Positions 47,237-57,962 of a stretch of DNA of 64,000 nt are shown piece after piece. Numbering within the stretch: position 1 is the first letter of the stretch; each line of letters opens with the position of its first letter. Source of the stretch: an uncultured Planctomycetales bacterium (GTDB taxonomy: Bacteria; Omnitrophota; Gorgyraeia; Zapsychrales; Fredricksoniimonadaceae). The translations under genes and the position numbers were made by a program. Where the stretch lies: contig CAZFNI010000006.1 of assembly GCA_964520655.1 (NCBI GenBank), positions 14,790-78,789 of the forward strand. The letters run 5' to 3'. The notes beneath the pieces were generated by a model that saw nothing but the letters and a program-made list of their open reading frames with translations, made no database searches and had not been told where the DNA came from.

Positions 47237-48470
47237 CGTTGTGCGGCATCTTGTTTTAGTCGTATTCCTTCTTTGTGCGTCCTCATGCGCCAGCGGCCCG
47301 AGGAATATCCAGCCGCAGATCAATAGTCTTGTCACTGCCAATCATGTTGAAAGAGCTTTAGCCGTTCTGGGGGATGACCCCAATGTTTACGGGCCGCACG
47401 ATCATTTATTGTTTTGGCTGGATAAAGGCATGGCAGCGCATTTAGCGGGGCGAACGCAGGTCAGCATTGGTGCTTTTGAGCAGGCGGAGAAATTGAATGA
47501 AGCGCTGTATACCCGATCGCTTTCCCAAATGGCCAATACCTGGATCGTCAATGACCGTATGGAGGATTACCGGGGCGACGAGCAGGAATATGTGATGATC
47601 AATGTGTTCCAGGCTTTCAATTTCGCTTCTATTGGGGATTTTGACGAAGCCCTTGTTGAGGCCAGGCGCTTGGACAAGAAATTAAAACTGATCGGTCCAC
47701 GCTATCAGAATCCTTTCGCTTTATTCTTAAGCGGTTTATTATGGCATTGCAGCACTGATAAGGACTCCCTCACGGATGCTTTGATCGACTACCAAAAAGC
47801 CGCGGCGGCATATGAAGCTGCTCCCAGGGTTTTAAGCGAGCTCATGGAGGAAGCCAAGAACAACGTATCGTTCAAGAAGTCCGGTAAAGCGAGGGTGATC
47901 GTAGTCGAATACACGGGCTTTAGCCCGGTCAAGGTTGCTGATGCTTTTCCTTTGCCGCTCGATGGGAACCATTGGACCAAGATCAGCTTTCCCCGTTATC
48001 AGGACCGTTACAGCGAGATCGTTTCTTCCCGGGTGAGAATAAGCCGCAATGGCGTTGCCCATGTTAAGGAAACAGAAATGGTCTGTGATCTGGGGGCTTT
48101 GGCCAAGAAGATATTGGCGGGGCATAAAGGGGCGATCATGGCTAAAGCTACCATCAGGCCGCTCATTAAATACGGTGTCGAGAAAGCTGTCGAGGTTCCA
48201 GTCCGGGAGCGCGCAGGAGATCTGGCGGCGGATCTGCTTGGCGTCGCGGGAAGTATTTATAATCTGGCCACAGAGGAAGCTGACCTGAGGACTTGGCAGA
48301 GTCTGCCCAACCACATTCGTTTGGCATATGTTGATCTTGATCCTGGGGTATATGATGTGACAGTGGAAGACCTCTCTGATGAGATGGTTGTCATCGACCA
48401 CAAGACTATTGAAAAGTTGGAATTATCATCGGGCCAAGTTAAGTTTATTATCAGCCGCGGCCGTTTTTAG
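47211..48470 (+). CDS. hypothetical lipoprotein
   Basis: Lipobox-like LLCASSCASG; 419 aa; start uncertain. Confidence 0.35.
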   Translation: MNIPRSRCNVVRHLVLVVFLLCASSCASGPRNIQPQINSLVTANHVERALAVLGDDPNVYGPHDHLLFWLDKGMAAHLAGRTQVSIGAFEQAEKLNEALYTRSLSQMANTWIVNDRMEDYRGDEQEYVMINVFQAFNFASIGDFDEALVEARRLDKKLKLIGPRYQNPFALFLSGLLWHCSTDKDSLTDALIDYQKAAAAYEAAPRVLSELMEEAKNNVSFKKSGKARVIVVEYTGFSPVKVADAFPLPLDGNHWTKISFPRYQDRYSEIVSSRVRISRNGVAHVKETEMVCDLGALAKKILAGHKGAIMAKATIRPLIKYGVEKAVEVPVRERAGDLAADLLGVAGSIYNLATEEADLRTWQSLPNHIRLAYVDLDPGVYDVTVEDLSDEMVVIDHKTIEKLELSSGQVKFIISRGRF

Positions 48471-48524
48471 GCATTATTAAAAACCCGTTGCGGCAAAAGG
48501 GTATTTCTTATACAATAACGACTT

Positions 48525-48902
48525 ATGAAAATTCTCATGGTGGATGATTCTGCGATGGATAGAAAGTTGATGTCCCGAATTCTGCAAAAAGGGGAGATCT
48601 CCCAGGAGATCATTGAGGCGGAAGACGGGGAGAAGGCCCTGCAGGTCCTGGCAGAACATTATCAAGATATCTGTGTTGTTCTTTTAGACTGGCAAATGCC
48701 GAACATGTCGGGCATTGAGGTCTTATCCGCAGTTGCTAAAGTGCCCCTGATCGCTGCTGTGCCGATCATCATGGTCACAGCGTCGGGGTCGGAAGAGAAC
48801 AAAAAGATGGCGCGTGATGCCAATCCCAATTTGGCGGGATATCTGGTTAAGCCCTATAAAGCAGAAGACCTGCTGGGCGCGATCAAACCTTTCTTGAAGT
48901 GA
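48525..48902 (+). CDS. single-domain response regulator (CheY-like receiver)
   Basis: MVDDSAMDR...LLDWQMPNMSG...LVKP receiver motifs with the phospho-acceptor Asp. Confidence 0.8.
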   Translation: MKILMVDDSAMDRKLMSRILQKGEISQEIIEAEDGEKALQVLAEHYQDICVVLLDWQMPNMSGIEVLSAVAKVPLIAAVPIIMVTASGSEENKKMARDANPNLAGYLVKPYKAEDLLGAIKPFLK

Positions 48903-48908
48903 TCCTCT

Positions 48909-49565
48909 ATGGCTGAAGAAAAAAAGAATTCGCTGGTATGGTCGCTTCAGAAGATCAAGGAAGCGTTCACGGAAAAACCGGTGAGCCGTGCCGAACATGC
49001 GAGTAATCTGATCGACATGTCGGTGGCGTTGTCAGTTGCCGTTAAGAAGGTTTTCTTTGAAAAGTCCCGGACCATGTTCTCCGAGGATCCGGTCATCCAG
49101 AAAAAAGGCATTGTGGCCTTTAGCGGCCGTCTGCGCATCGATGCCATGGAGAAGTTCAATCAGACCACGATCATGTCGGTCGTGCATTATTTCCTTAATC
49201 AGGAGGATCTGGATAAGAATAAGCCAGTTGGTTTATTGATCATTTATCTGGAACGCAGTTATGTCCCGGAAATGCTGCGGCTTTTGCAGTACCCTTACAT
49301 TGAATTTGACGACGACCGTGATGTGACCGATGGTTCTGGCGCGATTATTAATTTGATCGCGGGTCATTTTAAGAATGAATTAAAAGCGCTGGGATATGAG
49401 GACCTGGAGATGTCCCATTTCCAGAGCTTTATCAATAAAGTTCCCATGGGGGTCGTGTATCCCAAGGGCCAGACGGACAGATATGAATTGAGCTTTGTGA
49501 TCGACGGAGAGAAGCGTTTGGTCGTGGAGATGGTGATGGCCCCGTTGGTCAAGAAATCAGCGTAA
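48909..49565 (+). CDS. hypothetical protein between two receiver genes
   Basis: 218 aa; no recognisable motif; operon context. Confidence 0.35.
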   Translation: MAEEKKNSLVWSLQKIKEAFTEKPVSRAEHASNLIDMSVALSVAVKKVFFEKSRTMFSEDPVIQKKGIVAFSGRLRIDAMEKFNQTTIMSVVHYFLNQEDLDKNKPVGLLIIYLERSYVPEMLRLLQYPYIEFDDDRDVTDGSGAIINLIAGHFKNELKALGYEDLEMSHFQSFINKVPMGVVYPKGQTDRYELSFVIDGEKRLVVEMVMAPLVKKSA

Positions 49566-49582
49566 TAACAGGAGTTTAGAAT

Positions 49583-49942
49583 ATGGCAAAAAAGATTTTA
49601 GTCATTGATGATGATCCCGCGTTAACCAAGATGGTTGACAGCTTTATGACTGCGCACGGTTATAAAGTGATCGTAGCGACGGATGGTGAAGAAGGTTTGG
49701 CTAAGGTCAAAAGCGAGGGCCCTGATCTGATGGTGCTGGATGTCCAGATGCCACGCATGAACGGGTATACATTTGTGCATGAATGCAAGAAGATCCCGTC
49801 AGCATTAAAAGTGCCGATCATCGTTCTGACGGCCAAGCAGGGGATGGCGGAGATATTTAAGGTCGAGGGTGTTAAAGAATACATCACCAAGCCTTTTGCC
49901 ATGGAAAAATTACTGGAATCGGTAAAGAAATATATTAACTAA
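49583..49942 (+). CDS. single-domain response regulator (CheY-like receiver)
   Basis: VIDDDPAL...MVLDVQMPRMNG...ITKP receiver motifs. Confidence 0.8.
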   Translation: MAKKILVIDDDPALTKMVDSFMTAHGYKVIVATDGEEGLAKVKSEGPDLMVLDVQMPRMNGYTFVHECKKIPSALKVPIIVLTAKQGMAEIFKVEGVKEYITKPFAMEKLLESVKKYIN

Positions 49943-49965
49943 CGCGAAAAACGCCATAGAGGGGC

Positions 49966-51609
49966 ATGACAATGAGTAACATCAATTTAGCATCGATCGG
50001 GATCACCTCATATAGCAATGCATACCATAATCTGTCTTTTGCGGACCTCTTTAAACACGAAACGGATCCATCTTTACAGGGTTATGAAAAAGGTGTTGTC
50101 ACCAGCTTAGGCGCTGTGTCTGTCGATACAGGAAAATTCACGGGACGTTCTCCTAAAGATAAATATATCGTCAAGGATGCTTCCACGCAGGATACGGTCT
50201 GGTGGGCCAGTGGTGAATCATCTGGGTCAGATAATAAGCCGATCACGGTGGATACCTGGGCTCATTTAAAAGATATCACGTTAAAGCAGCTGAATGGGAA
50301 AAAGCTGTATGTCATGGATGGTTTCTGCGGGGCCAATGCTTCGACCCGTTTGTCCGTGCGTTTGGTCACCGAGGTCGCCTGGATGGCCCATTTCTTTAAG
50401 AATATGTTCATCGCCCCAACAGCGGATGAATTAAAGAATTTCAAGCCGGACTGGACGGTTTTAAATGCCTGCAAGGCCTCTTGCGCTGATTTTGCCAAGT
50501 ACGGCCTGCGCAGTGAAGTGTTCGTGGCCTTTAATATCAGTGAACGTACCACGGTCATCGGCGGTACCTGGTACGGCGGGGAGATCAAGAAGGGTATTTT
50601 TTCGATCATGAATTATTTCCTGCCTCTTAAAGGGATTGGGGCATTCCATTGTTCTGCCAACCAGGGCAAGAATGGCGATACTGCGCTGTTCTTCGGTCTG
50701 TCAGGGACGGGAAAGACAACATTGTCGACGGATCCAAAACGCGCGCTGATCGGTGATGATGAGCATGGCTGGGATAATGACGGGGTGTTTAACTTTGAAG
50801 GCGGCTGTTATGCCAAATGCATCGGCCTTACCCCCGAGCGCGAGCCAGAGATCTTCGCGGCGATCCGCCGTGACGCTTTATTGGAGAATTGCGAGATCGA
50901 TGCCAAAGGTGTTGTTGATTTCGCTTCGAAGAAAAAGACCGAGAATACCCGTGTCTCTTATCCGCTAAATCATATTGAAAATATTGTCAAGCCGGTCTCT
51001 AAAGGCGGGCATCCTTCAAAGATCATCTTTTTGGCGTGTGACGCTTACGGCGTTTTACCACCGGTGGCCAAATTGACCAAAGAGCAGGCCATGTACCATT
51101 ACTTAAGCGGGTATACAGCAAAGGTCGCAGGCACAGAACTTGGGGTCAAAGAACCATCTGCCACATTCTCCGCGTGTTTCGGCAAAGCATTCCTGTCCGT
51201 CCATCCGACTAAGTATGCGGATATCCTGGCCAAGAAAATGCAGGAACACAATGCCAGTGCCTATTTGCTTAATACCGGCTGGATCGCCGGTCCTTACGGT
51301 GTGGGTTACCGCATTCCGTTGAAAGACAACCGTTTGTCGATCGATGCGATCCTAGACGGCAGTTTGGATAAAGGGCCGTTTGATATTTTACCGGTCTTTA
51401 ATCTCCAAGTCCCTCGTTCTGTGAAGGGGATGGATGCTAACATATTGAATCCACGTAACTTATGGGCGGACAAAGCGGCCTATGACGCGCAGGCGGTCAA
51501 ATTAGCCGGCATGTTCATCAACAATTTTAAGATCTTCACTGATACAGCGAATGGGAAAGCGCTTGTCGCGGCAGGACCGCAAATAGAGCTTGCTAATTCC
51601 GGACGTTAA
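49966..51609 (+). CDS. pckA: phosphoenolpyruvate carboxykinase (ATP)
   Basis: Kinase-1a [11 protein letters not shown] and PEPCK-ATP signature regions. Confidence 0.9.
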   Translation: MTMSNINLASIGITSYSNAYHNLSFADLFKHETDPSLQGYEKGVVTSLGAVSVDTGKFTGRSPKDKYIVKDASTQDTVWWASGESSGSDNKPITVDTWAHLKDITLKQLNGKKLYVMDGFCGANASTRLSVRLVTEVAWMAHFFKNMFIAPTADELKNFKPDWTVLNACKASCADFAKYGLRSEVFVAFNISERTTVIGGTWYGGEIKKGIFSIMNYFLPLKGIGAFHCSANQGKNGDTALFFGLSGTGKTTLSTDPKRALIGDDEHGWDNDGVFNFEGGCYAKCIGLTPEREPEIFAAIRRDALLENCEIDAKGVVDFASKKKTENTRVSYPLNHIENIVKPVSKGGHPSKIIFLACDAYGVLPPVAKLTKEQAMYHYLSGYTAKVAGTELGVKEPSATFSACFGKAFLSVHPTKYADILAKKMQEHNASAYLLNTGWIAGPYGVGYRIPLKDNRLSIDAILDGSLDKGPFDILPVFNLQVPRSVKGMDANILNPRNLWADKAAYDAQAVKLAGMFINNFKIFTDTANGKALVAAGPQIELANSGR

Positions 51610-51625
51610 GTGGTATAGTTGAAAT

Positions 51626-52000
51626 ATGAGCACTTTAGGGCGAAAAATAACAGCAGTATGTGTGGCGGCATCATTTATGATGGCGGCGCTTTACTGCTGT
51701 TGTTTTTCTACCATCAAATGGTCGAAACAAAAAAGCTCCTGTTGTGCGGCCAAAGAAAGTAAGGATCAAAAGACTTCCAAGCAGGATTGCCCTCACTGCA
51801 ACAGTTCCTTTCACGCGGAGTTGGCATTAAAAGATACGGGGCATGTTACCCTGGCAGCTGTTGATGCCTTGCCTGTTACTTTTGAGAGAACAATATCCTA
51901 CGTGCCTGTTGTTGTCGGAAAGTCTTTATTCATCAATGGACCGCCCGGTCCGTTGCATACTGTTCCCTTATATATCAAGTTCCCTTCTTTGCGCATTTAA
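51626..52000 (+). CDS. hypothetical Cys-rich small membrane protein
   Basis: TM followed by CCC/CC/CPHC clusters; immediately upstream of the metal efflux genes. Confidence 0.3.
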   Translation: MSTLGRKITAVCVAASFMMAALYCCCFSTIKWSKQKSSCCAAKESKDQKTSKQDCPHCNSSFHAELALKDTGHVTLAAVDALPVTFERTISYVPVVVGKSLFINGPPGPLHTVPLYIKFPSLRI

Positions 52001-52046
52001 TCCCTTGCGATAAGACTGTCTAATCGTTTTATAACAAGGAGATTCT

Positions 52047-53096
52047 ATGCGTACGTTCTTACAATTATTTCTCATCATGATCTTTGCCGCGGCAGCACCG
52101 GTCAGTTATGCCAAAGACCTGTATTATTGCCCGATGCATACGCATTACACCTCGGATAAGCCAGGCTCATGCCCCATTTGCGGGATGAATCTGGTGAAGA
52201 AAGTTGATGAGGCGGACAAAGCAAAAGGTTCGGGGATCATGGATCATGCGGCGGTGACATTAAGCGCCGATCAGCAAAAAATGCTGGGGGTTGTGACCGC
52301 TAAAGCCACCAAACAGCCGTTGAAACGCATGATCAGGGCCAGTGGTTATGTCTCGACGCTCAATGATCTATTCATGCTGCAGGATACTTATATTAAAGCT
52401 TACATTGATTATGTGCAGGCCTACCGTGACCAAAAACGGTTTGAGCATGGCCGCCGCAACTGGGATGTCCACCGGGAGATCCAGGTCAGATTGCATAATG
52501 CCCAGGAGGCATTGCTTCAGTTCGGGATCAGCGATGTTGAGATCGAGAAGTTAAAGAAATATTCCTGGCAGACGCCTTGGGATCAGCCGGAATTATCATT
52601 CTTCAAGCCGGGTGTCAATTACTGGGTGGTGGCGTCCGTGTATGAACAGGACCTGGGTTATCTGGAATCCGGACAGCCTGTCGATATAGAGATCCCATCC
52701 TATCATGAACATGTCAAAGGGGTTATCCGTACGATCGGCAAGATCATTGATCCTCAGACACGCACGGTCAATGCCTTGATCGAGATGCCGGACTATAAGG
52801 GAGAGCTGGTCGGCAATATGTTCGTCAATGTGACGGTTGATGTGGAGTTAAACGAGTATGTGATGGTGCCCCAGGAGGCGCTGATGGATACGGGATTGCG
52901 CAAGATCATTTTTGTTAAAGATGGTCATGGGGTTTTTGTGCCCAAAGAGGTCAAGGACGTTGTTCCCGGGGATAATGGCTGGGGGATCAAGATGGGTATT
53001 GTCGTCGGTGAAGAGGTCGTGGTGCAGGGAAACTTCCTGCTGGATTCCGAAAGCCGCATGCAGGCGTCCTTGCGGGGAGGGCAGGACCATGATTGA
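52047..53096 (+). CDS. RND efflux periplasmic adaptor (CusB-like) with N-terminal metal-binding module
   Basis: YYCPMHTHYTSDKPGSCPICGMNL metal-binding domain; membrane-fusion-protein beta-barrel/lipoyl layout. Confidence 0.7.
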   Translation: MRTFLQLFLIMIFAAAAPVSYAKDLYYCPMHTHYTSDKPGSCPICGMNLVKKVDEADKAKGSGIMDHAAVTLSADQQKMLGVVTAKATKQPLKRMIRASGYVSTLNDLFMLQDTYIKAYIDYVQAYRDQKRFEHGRRNWDVHREIQVRLHNAQEALLQFGISDVEIEKLKKYSWQTPWDQPELSFFKPGVNYWVVASVYEQDLGYLESGQPVDIEIPSYHEHVKGVIRTIGKIIDPQTRTVNALIEMPDYKGELVGNMFVNVTVDVELNEYVMVPQEALMDTGLRKIIFVKDGHGVFVPKEVKDVVPGDNGWGIKMGIVVGEEVVVQGNFLLDSESRMQASLRGGQDHD

Positions 53097-56000
53097 AAAG
53101 ATCATTGACTTTTCCGCCAGGAATAAGTTCCTGGTGTTCTTGTTGGTGGGGTTCGCTCTAGGGATCGCGTTGTGGTCGGCGAAAAACATTGCTGTTGATG
53201 CTATTCCCGACCTTTCTGATACCCAGGTGATCGTGTATTCCAAATGGGACCGCAGTCCCGATGTGATGGAAGACCAGGTGACATATCCGATCATTTCTTC
53301 CCTGCTGGGGATCCCCAATATCAAGGATATCCGCGGGTTCTCGGATTTTGGGTATTCCTATGTGTATGTGATCTTCAAGGATGGGACAGACCTGTACTGG
53401 GCGCGCAGCCGCGTGCAGGAATTCTTATCGAAGATCACATCGACGCTGCCAGCCGGTGTGAAGACCCAACTGGGTCCGGATGCGACCGGTGTCGGCTGGG
53501 TCATGCAGTATGCGCTGGTGGATAAAAACGGCAAACATTCCCTGCAGGAGTTGCGTAGTTTTCAGGATTGGAATCTGCGTTACCATTTACAAAGCGTGCC
53601 CGGCGTCGCGGAAGTGGCGTCATTGGGAGGGTTTGTCAAACAGTACCAGATCACCCTGGATCCCAATAAACTGCAGGCGGTCAAGGTACCGATCAATAGG
53701 GTCGTGTCTGCGGTACGGGATGCTAATCAGGAGGGCGGCGGGCGGTTGTTGGAGTTTTCCGGTGCGGAATACATGGTGCGCGGCCATGGGTATATCAAGG
53801 AGGTCAAAGACCTTGAGAATGTGGTGCTTAACGTCAATGCCAAAGGTGCACCGCTTTTGCTTAAAGACGTGGCCAATATCCATATAGGGCCGGATATGCG
53901 CCGGGGAGTTCTGGATTTAGATGGTCAGGGTGATGTTGTCGGCGGCACGATCGTGATGCGCCAGGGCGAGAATGCCCTGCGGGTCATCGATGCGGTCAAG
54001 GCGAGGCTAAACGACCTGAAAAGCAGCCTTCCCGACGGTGTGGAGGTGGTGATCACTTATGACCGTTCCGATCTGATCAAAAGTTCCATGGACAATCTGC
54101 GTCGTCAATTGATCGAGGAAATGATCATTGTCAGTCTGGTCATTCTGGTGTTCTTGTGGCATTTTTCATCCGCCATCATCCCGATCGTGACGATCCCGAT
54201 CAGTGTCTTTTTGTCGTTCATTTTTTTAAAGGCGCTGAATTTAACCTCCAACATCATGTCGCTGGCGGGGATCGCTATCTCGATCGGCGTTCTGGTCGAT
54301 GGGGCGATCGTGCAGATGGAGAATGTGTATAAACGCCTTGAGGAATGGCAGGCTGATGGCAAGAAGGGTCCGGCGGCACCTGTGATCCTAAACGCGCTAA
54401 AAGAAGTTGCGCCGTCCGTGTTCTTTTCCCTGCTTGTCATCGCGGTGTCGTTCTTGCCGATCTTTACCCTGCTGGACCAGGAGGGACGCTTGTTTAAACC
54501 TCTGGCCTGGTCGAAGACTTTTGCCATGGCCATCGCGGCTGTGCTTGTCATCACGCTTAATCCGGCGCTGCGCATGATGTTTGCCAGCGGCAAGGGTAAT
54601 TATTATCCGGAACATAAACATCCGATCAGCCGGATCTTGTTCATGGTCTATGATCCCATTTGCCGGCTGGCATTGAAACATGCCAAGGCCGTGATCATTG
54701 CCAGCATTTTGTTAGTCGCGGCGACCGTTCCGGTATTCCTGAAGCTTGGGTCGGAATTCATGCCGACATTGTGGGAAGGCCAGATCCTGTATATGCCGAC
54801 CACCATGCCCGGTATCTCTATTGCCCAGGCCCAGACTCTCCTGCAGAAACAGGATGCGGTTTTGAAATCATTTCCGGAGGTGGAAAGGGTCTTTGGAAAA
54901 GCGGGGCGGATGGAAACATCAACGGATCCGGCGCCTTTGTCCATGATGGAAACAGTGGTGCTGCTAAAGCCGGAGAAAGAATGGCCGCTTGTCAACGGCA
55001 AACGCCGCGGCCATGAACAGCTCATTGAGGCGATGGATCAGGCGTTAAAGATCCCTGGCACATCCAATGCCTGGACAATGCCGATCAAAAACCGCATTGA
55101 CATGCTTTCCACAGGTATCCGCACACCGATCGGCATCAAGGTGATGGGCAAGAACTTAGATGAGATCGAGAAAATAGGTCTGAAGCTGGAGCATGTGCTT
55201 AAAGATGTTCCGGGTACGCGCAGTGTTTTTGCTGAGCGTGTGACCGGTGGGTATTTTCTGGACATTGATATTCGTCGCGATCAGATCGCCCGTTATGGAT
55301 TTAGCATCGGTGATGTCCAGATGGCGATCAATGCCGCGATCGGCGGGGAAGAGATCACGACCACTGTTGAAGGCCGTGAACGCTACAGCGTGAACGTGCG
55401 CTACGCCCGGGAATTGCGGGATGATGTCGAGAAGTTAAAAAGGGTTTTGGTCGCCAACGAAGCAGGGCAGCAGGTACCGTTGGGCCAGTTGGCCCAGATC
55501 GTCATGCGCAGCGGGCCGGCGATGATCCGCGATGAGAACGGGATGCTCACCGGATACGTGTTCGTGGATGTGAAAAGCAATGACATCGGCGGATACGTGA
55601 ACGCGGCCAAGAAAAAGGTCGAGGAGCAGCTTCAAGTCCCCACAGGGTATGTGCTGTTGTGGAGCGGGCAGTTCGAGAATATGCTTAGGGTCAAGGAACG
55701 GCTGAAAGTTGTCGTTCCCTTGACGCTGTTGATCATTGTGGTGCTGCTGTATTTCAATACCAAGTCGTGGATCAAGACGGGCATTGTCATGCTGGCCGTG
55801 CCTTTCTCATTGATCGGCGCGGTGTGGTTACTCTGGGCCTTGGGGTATAACCTGTCGATCGCCGTATGGGTCGGGATGATCGCGCTCATGGGGCTTGACG
55901 CGGAGACGGGTGTGTTGATGCTGCTGTTTTTGGACATCGCCTACCATGATGCCCTTAAGAAAAATAAATTAAATTCCCCTGAAGAATTACGGGAAGCCGT

Positions 56001-56238
56001 TGTTTTTGGAGCTGTACAGCGTGTCAGGCCGAAGATGATGACGGTCATGGCGGCCATGATGGGGCTTATGCCCATCATGTGGTCACATGGTAGCGGTGCG
56101 GACGTGATGAGCCGTATCGCAGCTCCGATGATCGGCGGTCTGATCACGTCGTTTGTTCTGGAATTACTGGTCTATCCGTGCATTTTTTATCTATGGAAAT
56201 CCAAGGGGGTTTCCAGTAACATAACAAACAGTAAATAA
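53089..56238 (+). CDS. heavy-metal efflux RND transporter (CusA/CzcA family)
   Basis: Start trimmed to MIEKIIDFSARNKFLV; 12-TM RND architecture with two large periplasmic loops; HME-family motifs. Confidence 0.85.
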   Translation: MIEKIIDFSARNKFLVFLLVGFALGIALWSAKNIAVDAIPDLSDTQVIVYSKWDRSPDVMEDQVTYPIISSLLGIPNIKDIRGFSDFGYSYVYVIFKDGTDLYWARSRVQEFLSKITSTLPAGVKTQLGPDATGVGWVMQYALVDKNGKHSLQELRSFQDWNLRYHLQSVPGVAEVASLGGFVKQYQITLDPNKLQAVKVPINRVVSAVRDANQEGGGRLLEFSGAEYMVRGHGYIKEVKDLENVVLNVNAKGAPLLLKDVANIHIGPDMRRGVLDLDGQGDVVGGTIVMRQGENALRVIDAVKARLNDLKSSLPDGVEVVITYDRSDLIKSSMDNLRRQLIEEMIIVSLVILVFLWHFSSAIIPIVTIPISVFLSFIFLKALNLTSNIMSLAGIAISIGVLVDGAIVQMENVYKRLEEWQADGKKGPAAPVILNALKEVAPSVFFSLLVIAVSFLPIFTLLDQEGRLFKPLAWSKTFAMAIAAVLVITLNPALRMMFASGKGNYYPEHKHPISRILFMVYDPICRLALKHAKAVIIASILLVAATVPVFLKLGSEFMPTLWEGQILYMPTTMPGISIAQAQTLLQKQDAVLKSFPEVERVFGKAGRMETSTDPAPLSMMETVVLLKPEKEWPLVNGKRRGHEQLIEAMDQALKIPGTSNAWTMPIKNRIDMLSTGIRTPIGIKVMGKNLDEIEKIGLKLEHVLKDVPGTRSVFAERVTGGYFLDIDIRRDQIARYGFSIGDVQMAINAAIGGEEITTTVEGRERYSVNVRYARELRDDVEKLKRVLVANEAGQQVPLGQLAQIVMRSGPAMIRDENGMLTGYVFVDVKSNDIGGYVNAAKKKVEEQLQVPTGYVLLWSGQFENMLRVKERLKVVVPLTLLIIVVLLYFNTKSWIKTGIVMLAVPFSLIGAVWLLWALGYNLSIAVWVGMIALMGLDAETGVLMLLFLDIAYHDALKKNKLNSPEELREAVVFGAVQRVRPKMMTVMAAMMGLMPIMWSHGSGADVMSRIAAPMIGGLITSFVLELLVYPCIFYLWKSKGVSSNITNSK

Positions 56239-56251
56239 AAGAGGAGGAAGT

Positions 56252-56545
56252 ATGAACAAGGTATTCATGTTCGTGTTAACCGCAGGTTTGATGTTGACGC
56301 CGATGATGGTGCGTGCCCAACAAGCGGCCGGCGATCAGGCCGAGGTCAAAGCTGTTGAAGTCGGCAACAAACTGTGCCCTGTTTCAGGAGAGGAAGTCGG
56401 CAAAATGGGTCCGGCGGTAAAATTGGAACACGAGGGTAAGATCTATAATCTTTGCTGTGCCATGTGCGCGAAAGATTTTAAGAATGATCCCGCGAAGTTC
56501 GCTAAAAAAGCAGAAGATGAGGTGGCTGCGGCTGCGGCCAAGTAA
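56252..56545 (+). CDS. YHS-domain periplasmic metal-binding protein
   Basis: Signal peptide; CPVSGEEV...YNLCCAMCAKDF TRASH/YHS signature. Confidence 0.5.
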   Translation: MNKVFMFVLTAGLMLTPMMVRAQQAAGDQAEVKAVEVGNKLCPVSGEEVGKMGPAVKLEHEGKIYNLCCAMCAKDFKNDPAKFAKKAEDEVAAAAAK

Positions 56546-56550
56546 GACGT

Positions 56551-56958
56551 ATGTTCGAACACCTGCATCCAAAACTGGTGCATTTTCCCATTGCCTTGGT
56601 CATTACGGCAATGATCTTGGATGTGATGGGTTCGATCGTCAAGAAAGATGCATTGCATCACGCCGCCAGGTATGTGTTTAACCTGGCGGCGTTTTTTTCT
56701 ATCCTTTCACTATTCACAGGATTAGCAGAGGCGGATCGCCTGCATTTGAATCATCCTGTCCTTCTCGCGCACCGGTCATATGCTTTTGTTTTGACTGTTT
56801 TTTCTGTGATATTCTCAGTCGCGTTATTCTTTATTCCTGAGCGTTATAAGCGGCCGATATTCACTATAATGCTGTTGATCTGCACAGTCCTAGTCGTTGC
56901 GACTGGACATTACGGCGGGCAAATGGTCTATGGTTACGGTATCGGTATTGACGGGTGA
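56551..56958 (+). CDS. DUF2231-like membrane protein
   Basis: HPKLVHFPIAL N-terminal motif, 4 TM helices. Confidence 0.45.
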   Translation: MFEHLHPKLVHFPIALVITAMILDVMGSIVKKDALHHAARYVFNLAAFFSILSLFTGLAEADRLHLNHPVLLAHRSYAFVLTVFSVIFSVALFFIPERYKRPIFTIMLLICTVLVVATGHYGGQMVYGYGIGIDG

Positions 56959-57046
56959 TTTTAGTCGACCTTTATGTTGACGGTCTTTTTTTTTGAGGCA
57001 TAATTTATTTCGTCAGGAGAACACCAAGATCAATAAGGGGGTTAAT

Positions 57047-57331
57047 ATGAAGAATATCATGATTATTATGGCTGCAGCGTTGGTTTGGTCCTCTTCTTTT
57101 AGCCCGGCATTCGCATTGCTTCGGAAAGATTTTGCCGCAGTGGAAGGTCCGGTCATTGCCAAGAACGTTAAAACCAAAGAGATCACTGTTAAGAGCAGCG
57201 ACGGGTCTCTTCAAATATTCGCGGCAGATGATAACCAATGGGGCTCGGTGCGTGAGGGGGATAAAGTCTTGATCCTCCACCAAAAGCAAACTAAAGTGAT
57301 CAGTACATTAGTTGTGACCCAGCCTAAGTAA
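57047..57331 (+). CDS. small secreted protein
   Basis: Start trimmed to MKNIMIIMAAAL signal peptide. Confidence 0.4.
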   Translation: MKNIMIIMAAALVWSSSFSPAFALLRKDFAAVEGPVIAKNVKTKEITVKSSDGSLQIFAADDNQWGSVREGDKVLILHQKQTKVISTLVVTQPK

Positions 57332-57370
57332 TGATCCTTATGTTATACAGAAACATAAGAGAGGTGGCGT

Positions 57371-57961
57371 ATGTCCCATGAAATTTTATTGGTTTTTGTG
57401 CCAATGTTCTTTGCGATGGACCCGGTGGGTCTTCTGCCCATTTTTGTGGCATTGACCACGGGCCTGGATAAGTCCGCCAAGGAAAAGATCATTATCCAGT
57501 CGCTGGCCACGGCTTCTCTGGTCGCTGTTGGGTTTATTTTTCTAGGCCGATGGGCATTTGCGCTACTTGGCATCACCATGGGGGATTTCATGGTCGCCGG
57601 CGGCTTGATCTTATGCTGTTTATCCATACTCGACCTGTGCGGACGCAGCAAGACCCCTCAATTTGACGCGGATGATGTCGGTGCCGTGCCGATCGGCACG
57701 CCGTTGATCGTCGGTCCTGCGGTATTGACCATGAGCTTGATCTTAATGCCTCAGTATGGACCTGTGGTGACGCTTGGCGCCGTGTTCATGAATATCTTTA
57801 TTGTCGGGATCATTTTTATATTTTCTGATTTCTTGATCCAGGTGATCGGCAAAAGCGGTTCCATGGCGTTGTCGAAAGTATTATCGCTATTATTAGCCGC
57901 GATCGGGATCATGATGATCCGTCGCGGTATCCTGGAGATGGTCACGACTGTCCGCAGCTGA
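57371..57961 (+). CDS. MarC family (UPF0056) membrane protein
   Basis: 6-TM protein, 196 aa, MarC family layout. Confidence 0.6.
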   Translation: MSHEILLVFVPMFFAMDPVGLLPIFVALTTGLDKSAKEKIIIQSLATASLVAVGFIFLGRWAFALLGITMGDFMVAGGLILCCLSILDLCGRSKTPQFDADDVGAVPIGTPLIVGPAVLTMSLILMPQYGPVVTLGAVFMNIFIVGIIFIFSDFLIQVIGKSGSMALSKVLSLLLAAIGIMMIRRGILEMVTTVRS

Positions 57962-57962
57962 T

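Noticed and set aside
52912-53088. Upstream extension of the RND pump ORF (start at 52912)
   Set aside because: The extension lies inside the 3' end of the adaptor gene in another frame. Canonical CusA/CzcA proteins start at MIEKII... (53089).
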